Shown piece after piece: positions 56,587 through 64,000 of a DNA stretch of 64,000 nucleotides. The notes beneath the pieces are model-generated. The model saw only the letters and a program-made list of their open reading frames with translations. It had not been told where the DNA came from and did no database searches. Every line of letters begins with the position of its first letter. Position 1 is the stretch's first letter. A program made the position numbers and the translations under genes. Source of the DNA: an uncultured Verrucomicrobiaceae bacterium (GTDB taxonomy: Bacteria > Verrucomicrobiota > Verrucomicrobiia > Methylacidiphilales > CAYYVW01); contig CAYYVW010000007.1 of NCBI GenBank assembly GCA_964473925.1, positions 37,205 to 101,204 on the forward strand. The letters are read 5' to 3'.

Positions 56587-57338
56587 TCTCTAGTCACCGC
56601 GGCTTTTCCCGCAGCGTGGCGAATTTTCTCCTGCAAACGTTGCTGCGCTTTTCGCGACAGCAATTCTCGCCGGGGATCTTCCCACGCGCGCTGCCAAGCA
56701 TCCCGAGCCGCCGGCCACTCCCCCGCGCGTTCATGCGCGTCGGCAGCCAGCCGCACCGCATACGCCGGAGCACCACGGAGGGCTGCCGCACGCTCATACC
56801 CCGCCGCCGCCGCCGACCAATCGCCTCGTTGCTGTCCTTCTAAAAGCGCAAGAAGTTCCAGCAATGAAAAATGTGAAGAATGACGCGCCACGCCCTCGCG
56901 CAAGATCGCGCGGCCGCGCTCAATCCATGCCCGGACTTGCATCTTGCGAATCTCAGCTGAAGCCTCCCGTTGAACATCGTCCCGCACATCGAGCGCTGCG
57001 TTCCACGCTAAATGCCAACCCGCCAATTCAAAGAAAAGCGGCTCTTCAGGCCGCAGCGCCAGCGTCCGCTCCGCATGCCGCGCAAGCGCCGGCCAATTTC
57101 GCTCCTGCCATGCTGTCGTTACTTGGAGCCACGCTGCATCCGCCGCGATTGCGCGCAGACCAAACAGGGAAGCAACGCAAGCCCCGGAATCCCCCTGCGC
57201 CACTGCGATCCGCAATGCTTCCTGCGTTCTTCCGGCCGGCAGGGAATTTTCCCATGCGATTTTCGTAAAGAGAAGGAGCGCCACTCCCACGATCAGGAGC
57301 GCGCGGTCTCTCCATTTCTTGCAACTAACCGCGTTCAC
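56583..57338 (-). CDS. N-terminally anchored helical-repeat (TPR-like) protein
   Basis: The ORF is open to 57557 but overlaps the upstream permease. The GTG at 57338 gives (V)NAVSCKKWRDRALLIVGVALLLF. The Ala/Trp/Arg-rich helical repeats are reminiscent of TPR. Weak family evidence. Confidence 0.4.
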   Translation of the reverse strand: MNAVSCKKWRDRALLIVGVALLLFTKIAWENSLPAGRTQEALRIAVAQGDSGACVASLFGLRAIAADAAWLQVTTAWQERNWPALARHAERTLALRPEEPLFFELAGWHLAWNAALDVRDDVQREASAEIRKMQVRAWIERGRAILREGVARHSSHFSLLELLALLEGQQRGDWSAAAAGYERAAALRGAPAYAVRLAADAHERAGEWPAARDAWQRAWEDPRRELLSRKAQQRLQEKIRHAAGKAAVTRD

Positions 57339-58179
57339 GGAATGAAAAAATAAAAGAAGCCGCCACGATTGCGAGCATCGCATAGAGAAGAGCGTATCCA
57401 ACCTGCAGCGCGGCTGCGTGCGCATCTGCGGGCCAGTCAAATGCACCCAAATTCGGCAGAAGCGCCCCGCACATCCAGACAAGTCCTTGCTGCCAAGTCG
57501 CTGCGTCCGCGCTGCTCCACGCTTGCCGCGCGATCGGAAAAAGATGCGCCGCGCCATAGCCCAATGCGGTTGCCGTCAGCACAAAAACGAGCGAGGAAGA
57601 GATCGCCGCGAGCACTAAGACGCCCGCCGCGATCGTCACGCCCTTGGCCCACGCAACCGCAGCAGCGCGGCCCATGGATCCGCACAGGACGCAACCTCCT
57701 CCTTCGCTCAGGCAAAAAGCGTCTGCGCTTTGTTGCAAAGATGAAAACGGTGACGAGGAAACAGGGGCTATCGAAGAAGGCACGTCTCCAAATACCATCC
57801 ACACCAAAAGCAAAATGAGCACCGCTTGCGCGAGCACAAGCGCAACGCCTGCGAGCTTCCCCATGAAAAATTCCCACGCACGCACGGGCCGTGCAAACAT
57901 CAGCTCCAGCGTGCGGCGCTGCTTTTCTTCGGCAAGCAAAGGGGCCGTCAGCGCAATCGCCAGCACCGTTGCCGCCAGCGTCAGCCCTTCAAAGAAAAAG
58001 TCGCGCGCAAAAATTGCCTGCTCGACTTGTGAAAGCTGGCTCCAAAATCCCGCCGACGCCAGCCACAGAGCCGCCGCCAGCAGCAACACCCACGCCGCGG
58101 GCTGGCGAAAAAGCCCTGCCGCCGTCACGCGCGCGATCGACACAACTCTTCGTGCGGAAAGAAAAATTGCCTGCATCAT
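57325..58179 (-). CDS. ABC-2-type transporter permease
   Basis: 284 aa, about 6 TM. The LLAEEKQRRTLELMFARPV motif is typical of ABC-2 (NosY/GldF-like) permeases. 4-nt overlap with the upstream ATPase gene. Confidence 0.6.
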   Translation of the reverse strand: MMQAIFLSARRVVSIARVTAAGLFRQPAAWVLLLAAALWLASAGFWSQLSQVEQAIFARDFFFEGLTLAATVLAIALTAPLLAEEKQRRTLELMFARPVRAWEFFMGKLAGVALVLAQAVLILLLVWMVFGDVPSSIAPVSSSPFSSLQQSADAFCLSEGGGCVLCGSMGRAAAVAWAKGVTIAAGVLVLAAISSSLVFVLTATALGYGAAHLFPIARQAWSSADAATWQQGLVWMCGALLPNLGAFDWPADAHAAALQVGYALLYAMLAIVAASFIFSFRERG

Positions 58180-58919
58180 GCTGTTCCTTTCTGTTCAAGA
58201 GCGGCGCGCACCGCTCCCGCAAGAGAAACGCCGCGTCCATCTTCATGTTTTCCTTCGCCGCACACCCGCCCACCGACCAGCGCGATCCACGCGTCGGCAA
58301 CCGCGCCCAGCTCTTCAAATTGATGCGTCGAGAGCAAAATCGCGCAGCCGCGCGCTTTGAGTGTTCCGAGGCGCCGGCAGAAATCCGTCGCTGCAGCGGG
58401 ATCCAATCCCCCGAGCGGCTCATCGAGCAGCAGCACTTTCGGCTGATGCACCAGCGCTTGCGCGAGACCGATGCGTTGCAGCATGCCGCGTGAAAACTTT
58501 GCCAGCTTGACTCCCGCCTGAGGCTCCAACCCCACCGTCTCCAAGGCCGTTTCAACCGCTCCGCGCACTGCCCGCGTTGGCACGCCCGAAAGCGTCGCCA
58601 GATGCGTCAGCATTTCGCGCGCCGTCAAAAAAGGAGAGAGCGCCGGCGCATCGGGCAAGTAACCAACGCACGACCGCGCTTCCATTGACCCGGCGGAATT
58701 CCCTAGCACAAACGCTGTGCCTGAGGTCGGTTGAACCAGCCCCGCAAAAATTTTCAGCGCCGTCGTCTTCCCCGATCCGTTGGGACCCGCCAAGACCACC
58801 ACCTCGCCCGCACCAACCGAGAGTGTCAACCCTTCGAGCGCGACCCGGGCCCGCCCCCACCCGTCGCGGTACCGCTTGCCGACGCCCCGGGCCTCCAGCG
58901 CGCAAGAATCGGCGATCAT
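58176..58919 (-). CDS. ABC transporter ATP-binding protein
   Basis: 247 aa. Walker A GPNGSGKTT, signature FSRGMLQRIGLAQA, Walker B VLLLDEPLGGLD. Confidence 0.9.
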   Translation of the reverse strand: MIADSCALEARGVGKRYRDGWGRARVALEGLTLSVGAGEVVVLAGPNGSGKTTALKIFAGLVQPTSGTAFVLGNSAGSMEARSCVGYLPDAPALSPFLTAREMLTHLATLSGVPTRAVRGAVETALETVGLEPQAGVKLAKFSRGMLQRIGLAQALVHQPKVLLLDEPLGGLDPAAATDFCRRLGTLKARGCAILLSTHQFEELGAVADAWIALVGGRVCGEGKHEDGRGVSLAGAVRAALEQKGTA

Positions 58920-59284
58920 GCCTGCATCCTGTCAGCCTTAGGTCCCAAAAAAAATCTCAAATTCCAGGTGGACTCCGCGCCCCTACTGCGGCATCTCCTC
59001 CAGGCTTATGTCAGAACGTAGAAACGCAACAGCACCAAGCCTGCGCGCTGCTGCTACCACTCAAGAAGAATTAGATGCGGGCGCTGATGGTTCGGATCCC
59101 AGTTTGGATGCCACGCCACGGCCTGGCGCTGTGGATTTGGAACCTGCAACCGCATCTTCTCCAGTAGCGCGACCTGCTCCTTCTCATGAACTGGCAACTC
59201 TTGGCGCTTTAGTAACGGCTCATCATGTTGGCCATCACAATCGTCGACGCGCGGGACGGGGCGACTTCGGCGGCGGACTTTAAT

Positions 59285-59560
59285 CTACCCAATCCCAAAC
59301 CCGCGGAAGGTGCCGGTAGCCGGCTGCCAGTCGGCTTCCACATCCTGAATGCCGGTGGCGAGCGGGCCTTGGCGGATCGCATCTAAAAACGCCTCCAGCT
59401 CCGCGCGCTCGCCCTCGACAACCAGCTCGACCCGGCCGTCGGGCAGGTTGCGCACGCTCCCGACCACGTCGTAGCCTTTCGCCAGCTGATGCGCCGTGTA
59501 GCGAAAGCCAACGCCCTGCACCCGGCCGGTAAAGTGCGCGCGCAGCTGAGTGGATGTCAT
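59285..59560 (-). CDS. acyP: Acylphosphatase
   Basis: The ATG at 59560 gives 91 aa. Motifs FTGRVQGVGFRY and VRNLPDGRVELVVEG. Confidence 0.85.
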   Translation of the reverse strand: MTSTQLRAHFTGRVQGVGFRYTAHQLAKGYDVVGSVRNLPDGRVELVVEGERAELEAFLDAIRQGPLATGIQDVEADWQPATGTFRGFGIG

Positions 59561-59579
59561 CCGCTTCGGATCCTCTCCG

Positions 59580-60065
59580 CTAATCCCGGAAATTCTGGAA
59601 CCCCAGTCCCACGCCAAAGTCCTGCCCACGCAGCGCGGCGATCACCGCCTGCAACTCGTCCCGGCTTTTGCCCGTCACACGCACTTGCCGGTCTTGGATT
59701 TGCGCCTGCAGCTTTTTGTTCGTCTCTTTGATCGCGGCGACGATCTTCTTGGCCTGCTCGGTCTCCATGCCCTGCTGGATCTTCACCTCCTGCCGCGCGC
59801 GGCCGACGGAAGAAATCTCCGCCGTCTCCGATTTGAAGTTCTTCAGGCTGACGCCGCGCTTGGCCAGCTTAGCCATCACGATCTCGTGCAGCGCCTTGAG
59901 CTTGAAGTCATTAACCGCCGTCAGCGTGATCGTCGTTTTCTCTATCGTGATCTCGGCGGCCGCATCGCGGAAATCAAACCGCGTGGTGATCTCTTTGCGC
60001 GCCTGGTCGAGCGCGTTGGTCACCTCGGCCATCGCGACCTCGCTCACCACATCGAAGGAAGGCAT
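59580..60065 (-). CDS. yajQ: YajQ-family (UPF0234) nucleotide/c-di-GMP-binding protein
   Basis: 161 aa. MPSFDVVSEV...EVTNALDQARKEITTRFDFRD is the canonical YajQ N-terminus. Confidence 0.9.
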   Translation of the reverse strand: MPSFDVVSEVAMAEVTNALDQARKEITTRFDFRDAAAEITIEKTTITLTAVNDFKLKALHEIVMAKLAKRGVSLKNFKSETAEISSVGRARQEVKIQQGMETEQAKKIVAAIKETNKKLQAQIQDRQVRVTGKSRDELQAVIAALRGQDFGVGLGFQNFRD

Positions 60066-60106
60066 ACTAAGAAAAATTGGCTGACCCGTTCGTCAGAAAA
60101 TCCGCC

Positions 60107-60403
60107 CTACCGCCGGCGATTGCCGCCGCCACGATAACCGCCCGGCTTGGGCCGGTGCGCGCCCGGAGGCAGCGGAGGCCGGGAATCGAGCCGGTAGACG
60201 ATCCGCGCCTGCGTCACGTCTTTGGGCGACATCTCCATCTTCACCCGGTCGCCCACGGTCATCCGGATAAACCGCTTGCGAATCTTGCCCGAAATATGCG
60301 CCAGCACGATATGCTTGGTCCCTTCGAGCTCGACCCGGAACATCGTGTTGGGCAGGACGCTGGTAATCGTCCCCTCTATTTCTATGACGTCGTCGGTGCT
60401 CAT
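60107..60403 (-). CDS. infA: Translation initiation factor IF-1 with Arg/Gly/Pro-rich C-terminal extension
   Basis: The ATG at 60403 gives [67 protein letters not shown], the S1-like IF-1 core, followed by a 26-aa tail [27 protein letters not shown]. Confidence 0.9.
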   Translation of the reverse strand: MSTDDVIEIEGTITSVLPNTMFRVELEGTKHIVLAHISGKIRKRFIRMTVGDRVKMEMSPKDVTQARIVYRLDSRPPLPPGAHRPKPGGYRGGGNRRR

Positions 60404-60511
60404 CAGCGGGCTTGTGGTAGAAGATCGAGAGCCGAAACTCAAGCTTAGAGTGGGAATTCTTTTGAAACAGCAGGTGGACGCGGACAGGTTGTTGCGGTAT
60501 GAGGATGAATT

Positions 60512-60700
60512 ATGAGCAAACCCCAAGCCTCTCCACCTTCTTCTGAACCTACAGCATCCTCAACGGAACCCAATCCAGCCACCGTTCGGCAGACGACTGG
60601 TGCAGGAGATGCTTTTGGCACAAGTCGAGGGGCTGTCGCAGGTGCTGGCGCAATAACTGCCGGCGAAATTGCCAAATGGCATAATCCCGCGCTGCAATAA
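60512..60700 (+). CDS. Possible small protein (62 aa), unknown function
   Basis: The ATG is preceded by GAGGA at about -12 to -8 (tatGAGGAtgaattATG). The sequence is Ser/Pro/Thr/Ala/Gly-rich and ends ...[13 protein letters not shown]. No family recognised; it could be non-coding. Confidence 0.3.
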   Translation: MSKPQASPPSSEPTASSTEPNPATVRQTTGAGDAFGTSRGAVAGAGAITAGEIAKWHNPALQ

Positions 60701-60703
60701 AAT

Positions 60704-61858
60704 TCACCGCTCCACGATCGGCACAAACTTCCGGCCGACGGGCTGGCCGGTGTATTCGCTCTCCGGTCGGAACAGGCGATTGTGGCCGAGCTGCTCGAGG
60801 ATGTGCGCCGTCCAGCCGGCTGTCCGCGCGATCGCGAAGATCGGCGTGAAGAGATCCGTGGGCACGCCCAGGCTGTGGTAAACCGTCGCCGAATAAAAAT
60901 CGACGTTCGCGTACAGGCCCTTCTCCTTGAGCATATAGGCTGAAACCTTCTCGCTGATCTCAATCCACTTGGGCTCGCCGAGCTCCTGCGTCATCCGAAC
61001 CGCCATCGCCTTGAGGTGCGGCGCGCGCGGGTCGAGCGTTTTGTAGACGCGGTGGCCGATGCCCATAATCTTCTGCTTGCGCGCAAGCCGTTCCTGCACC
61101 CACGCCTCGGCGCGGTCGGGCTCCTGAATTTCCTCGAGCATGTGGATGACCGCCTCGTTCGCCCCGCCGTGCAGGGGTCCTTTGAGCGCGCCGATCGCCG
61201 AAACAACGCCCGAGTACATATCGGTCAGCGTCGAGACCGTTACGCGCGCGGCAAAAGTGGACGCGTTAAAGCCATGATCGGCGTGGAGCACATACGCCGT
61301 GTCGAGCGTCTTGGTCGCATCAATTCCGGGCTCTTTGTCCGTAAAGAGATAAAGGAAGTGCGCCGCCTCGTCCAAATCCCGCCGGATCGCCGGCAGCGGC
61401 ATCCCGTGCCGCGCACGGTGGAAGTATGCCACAATCACGCCGATTTTCGCGGTGATTGAAACGGCGCGCGACTCGTTCACCTCTGCCGATGCCGGCGAGA
61501 GACTGCCGTCGGGCTCGATCGTGTGGTCGTCGTCGTACAAGCCCAGCATCGAGACCGCCGTCCGCAACACATCCATCGGCAGCGCGGTCTTGGGCGCCGC
61601 CTTGATAAAATCAATCACCGCCGGCGGCAGCTGCCGCGCATTCTTGAACTGCTCCTTGAGCAGCGTCAGCTCGTCCGCGTTCGGCAGGCGGTCGTTCCAC
61701 AAGAGGTACGCCGCTTCCTCGAAGCAAATTTTTCCGGCCAGATCGTTGATGTCGTAGCCGCAGTAGACCAGCTGGCCCGCTTCCCCCCGCACGTCGCTGA
61801 TGCGCGTCTCGGCGGCAACCACTCCTTCAAGTCCTTTAGCCGTAACCGTCATAATCAT
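60704..61858 (-). CDS. gltA: Citrate synthase (short, dimeric type; citrate/2-methylcitrate synthase family)
   Basis: 384 aa. ADHGFNASTF, GPLHGGANE, MGIGHRVYKTLDPR, ARTAGW. Confidence 0.9.
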   Translation of the reverse strand: MIMTVTAKGLEGVVAAETRISDVRGEAGQLVYCGYDINDLAGKICFEEAAYLLWNDRLPNADELTLLKEQFKNARQLPPAVIDFIKAAPKTALPMDVLRTAVSMLGLYDDDHTIEPDGSLSPASAEVNESRAVSITAKIGVIVAYFHRARHGMPLPAIRRDLDEAAHFLYLFTDKEPGIDATKTLDTAYVLHADHGFNASTFAARVTVSTLTDMYSGVVSAIGALKGPLHGGANEAVIHMLEEIQEPDRAEAWVQERLARKQKIMGIGHRVYKTLDPRAPHLKAMAVRMTQELGEPKWIEISEKVSAYMLKEKGLYANVDFYSATVYHSLGVPTDLFTPIFAIARTAGWTAHILEQLGHNRLFRPESEYTGQPVGRKFVPIVER

Positions 61859-61953
61859 CTACAGTAATACTTTTTGCAACGCACGCAACTGGATGTTTGC
61901 TTTTGAGGCATGCGGCAAGGTATTTTTCTTCCAGATTCTCTGCCCTGTTGTTT

Positions 61954-62262
61954 ATGAGCAGTCACTGGAAAAATCTTCAGCATCGGCTTGCTCGGATGTC
62001 CCCAGCAGAAAGAATTGCCAATATTGCGATAGTTGTCAGCCAAACATCACACCCGCAAAGCTTGCTTGCTGTTGAATCGCGGCTTTTACACGAACTGTCC
62101 GGATTAACAGATGCCGACCGTTCCATTCTTCCTGCAGCCGTTGACCAAGCCGCCCAAGCATGGGATCCAAAAAGCGCTTGTCTCGTTGCGATGCTTGCTC
62201 GCCTAAGCTTGCGCAAGTCGAGCAAGCGCATGCCCGATTCTGCTTTAGAGCGCGCCGCCTAA
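61954..62262 (+). CDS. Possible hypothetical protein (102 aa)
   Basis: Only sizeable ORF in the 447-bp gap between gltA and the OMP gene. No obvious SD and no family recognised. Confidence 0.25.
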   Translation: MSSHWKNLQHRLARMSPAERIANIAIVVSQTSHPQSLLAVESRLLHELSGLTDADRSILPAAVDQAAQAWDPKSACLVAMLARLSLRKSSKRMPDSALERAA

Positions 62263-62305
62263 TCCCCGCAGCTTTGTTTTCTGCACACACCCCCTGACAT
62301 GCTAA

Positions 62306-63136
62306 TCAAAAATGATACCGCAGACCGCTGATAAAAATATGGAAGCCGTCCTTGCCAATATCGGAATTGGAATACGCGCCGCCTAGCTCTGGGTCAACCA
62401 GCCACAGGTACTTGTACTCATTAAACCAGCTGAAGTTGCCGCCCAAGTACCAGTCAAAGCCGCACAGGCCCTGCAGGTGGAACGCCACATCGCTGCCGCC
62501 GCGAATCGGGTACCGGGTGCTTCCATTGGTGACAGCCGCTCCATTTTCCACCCAGAGCGCTGTCGCGCCCATCCCGCTACCGCCATAAAATTCAAATGCA
62601 CCCACGCGCCCACGCAGCAGTCCGTTGATCGATCCGCTGAGCAAATGCTCGCGAGCTTGCAAAGTAACAGCCCTCGGGGTGGGTACCGGCGGCGGCCCGC
62701 CGGGGTCGTCAGGCGAGATAAACGCGTTGCCCCGAGCGCTCGGTTCGCACCCAATGTAAAGCAGCTCTGCCTCGACTGCGGGCGTCCATTCGATGGCGCC
62801 GCTCCACTCTTTAATGGGATCAAATCGCCGGCCGAGCTTAAGACCCACAACCGGGCAGTAGGAAAGGCGAGGGCTCTCCGTGGCAACAAAATCACCAGGG
62901 CTCGCTTCCGTCAGATCCAACAAACGACCCACATTGCCCCCGCTTCCGGCATCTGAGGCAACGCCCCCGAATGCCGCGATATACCACCGATCCTTGAGCG
63001 AGGGCGCCTTCCACTGCACATCAGGACGGGGATCAAGACCGCGCGGAGGCTCAACCGCCCGCGCCATGCTCGAGCCCCACAAGCTCAGCCCTACAATCAC
63101 TACCGCGGCAGCAAGCCCGCTGCTTGTGCAACGCAT
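62306..63136 (-). CDS. Outer-membrane beta-barrel protein (OmpA-beta/porin-like small barrel)
   Basis: The ATG at 63136 gives the signal peptide MRCTSSGLAAAVVIVGLSLWGSSMARA-VE. Alternating hydrophobic beta-strand pattern, Gly/aromatic-rich, C-terminal ...SGLRYHF (terminal Phe). The ORF track start at 63208 is probably too far upstream. Confidence 0.55.
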   Translation of the reverse strand: MRCTSSGLAAAVVIVGLSLWGSSMARAVEPPRGLDPRPDVQWKAPSLKDRWYIAAFGGVASDAGSGGNVGRLLDLTEASPGDFVATESPRLSYCPVVGLKLGRRFDPIKEWSGAIEWTPAVEAELLYIGCEPSARGNAFISPDDPGGPPPVPTPRAVTLQAREHLLSGSINGLLRGRVGAFEFYGGSGMGATALWVENGAAVTNGSTRYPIRGGSDVAFHLQGLCGFDWYLGGNFSWFNEYKYLWLVDPELGGAYSNSDIGKDGFHIFISGLRYHF

Positions 63137-63260
63137 GCCAAAGCTCTGCTTCCGGCCGAACAAACAACGCAACATCCTACGTTTACGGTACTCCTCACAT
63201 CCCCTCACAACAAGAGGGGATTATTCCACTCTTATCAGCCTTTTTAAGAGCTCAGCCAAC

Positions 63261-64000
63261 TCAGTTTTTCAAAGCTTGAATCAACGTCTCGCCCATCTGG
63301 GCAGGCGTTTTAGCTACCACAATACCAGCAGCTTCCAACGCGGCGATCTTCGCTGCCGCGGTTCCTTGTCCGCCCGAAATGATCGCGCCTGCGTGACCCA
63401 TCCGGCGCCCAGGAGGAGCCGTTGCTCCTGCAATAAATGCCGCCACCGGCTTTTTAACGTGCGCTTTAATATAGTCAGCCGCTTCTTCCTCCGCCGTGCC
63501 GCCGATTTCGCCAATCAGGATGATCGCGTCGGTATCCGGATCTTCGTTGAAAAGCCGCACCGCATCCGTCTGCGTCGTTCCATGGATGGGGTCGCCGCCG
63601 ATGCCGATGCAGGTGCTCTGCCCGTACCCACGGCTCGTCAGCTGCCAGACCGCTTCGTACGTCAGTGTTCCACTGCGCGAGACGATGCCAACGCGGCCAG
63701 GCTTGTGAATGTAGCCGGGCATAATCCCGATCTTGCACTCGCCCGGCGTGATGATGCCCGGGCAATTGGGCCCGATGAGCCGGCTGGAAGAATCCGCCAT
63801 CGCCGCCTTCACACGCATCATATCGGCAACCGGAATTCCTTCGGTGATGCAGACGACCAGCTCAATCCCCGCGTTGACCGCTTCCAGAATCGAGTCAGCC
63901 GCCGCGGGAGCAGGGACAAAAATCATCGTCGCGTTGCAGCCCGTCTGCTTGCGCGCCTCGGCCACAGTGTCAAATACGGGGATTTTCTCTTCAAACTTCT
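63261..64000 (-). CDS. sucD: Succinate--CoA ligase subunit alpha (5'-truncated by the window edge)
   Basis: [25 protein letters not shown]..., [33 protein letters not shown]. The reading frame stays open to base 64000. Confidence 0.9.
   Translation of the reverse strand, partial: KFEEKIPVFDTVAEARKQTGCNATMIFVPAPAAADSILEAVNAGIELVVCITEGIPVADMMRVKAAMADSSSRLIGPNCPGIITPGECKIGIMPGYIHKPGRVGIVSRSGTLTYEAVWQLTSRGYGQSTCIGIGGDPIHGTTQTDAVRLFNEDPDTDAIILIGEIGGTAEEEAADYIKAHVKKPVAAFIAGATAPPGRRMGHAGAIISGGQGTAAAKIAALEAAGIVVAKTPAQMGETLIQALKN

Noticed and set aside
59008-59283. 91-aa ORF in the spacer between the ABC operon and acyP, considered as a possible RiPP-like precursor divergent from an ABC transporter
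   Set aside because: It has no Shine-Dalgarno, an Ala/Pro/Arg/Gly-rich translation typical of GC-rich non-coding DNA, no recognisable leader/core organisation and no modifying enzyme nearby. It is more likely promoter and leader DNA.
1-64000. CRISPR arrays, rRNA genes, transposases, integrases, phage or classical defence genes
   Set aside because: I found no regularly spaced short repeats, no rRNA-like sequence, and no ORF with transposase, integrase, restriction or nuclease-NTPase defence signatures. The only repeat family seen by eye is the flp duplication. Short dispersed repeats could have escaped visual inspection.

Overview
The window is a 64-kb chromosomal segment of a Gram-negative bacterium. 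lpxA, two MsbA-like exporters and an outer-membrane beta-barrel protein show the cell-envelope type. gatCA, a DUF2723 protein and Flp pilins are compatible with a PVC/Verrucomicrobia-like organism, but I cannot verify taxonomy without a database search. Most of the window is closely packed housekeeping genes: tRNA-Pro, an Opp-like peptide importer, a Tat-exported SOD, purF-purM-purH, lysS, tal, polX, a deoxyhypusine-synthase homologue, a uvrD-like helicase, miaA-hflX-radC-lpxA, the mreBCD-mrdA-rodA-rng block, prs, manC, gatCA, an ABC/ABC-2 pair, acyP, yajQ, infA, gltA and a partial sucD. I found no transposase, integrase, CRISPR array or rRNA. Five non-housekeeping stretches deserve attention. 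(1) Two tandem Flp-type pilin genes share a 202-bp perfectly identical block. No Tad/Cpa machinery lies in the window, and the pair sits divergently next to two large GT-C-type membrane glycosyltransferases (DUF2723+TPR and GT39/ArnT-like). (2) A closely spaced same-strand cluster at about 45.2-50.3 kb contains an AT-rich lipoprotein islet, an unusual wHTH-AAA+ ATPase, two exported proteins, a 4-TM protein and an MFS transporter. No member has a recognisable function. (3) A 274-bp element bounded by a 23-bp inverted repeat lies directly after that cluster. It could be a structured RNA or a MITE-like element. (4) A large membrane Ser/Thr-kinase homologue has a degenerate glycine loop and GFG in place of DFG. 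(5) GC content appears to rise gradually from roughly 45-50% on the left to roughly 60-65% on the right; this rests on hand counts of sampled lines only. All functional calls come from motif and family recognition by eye, and no database search was possible.
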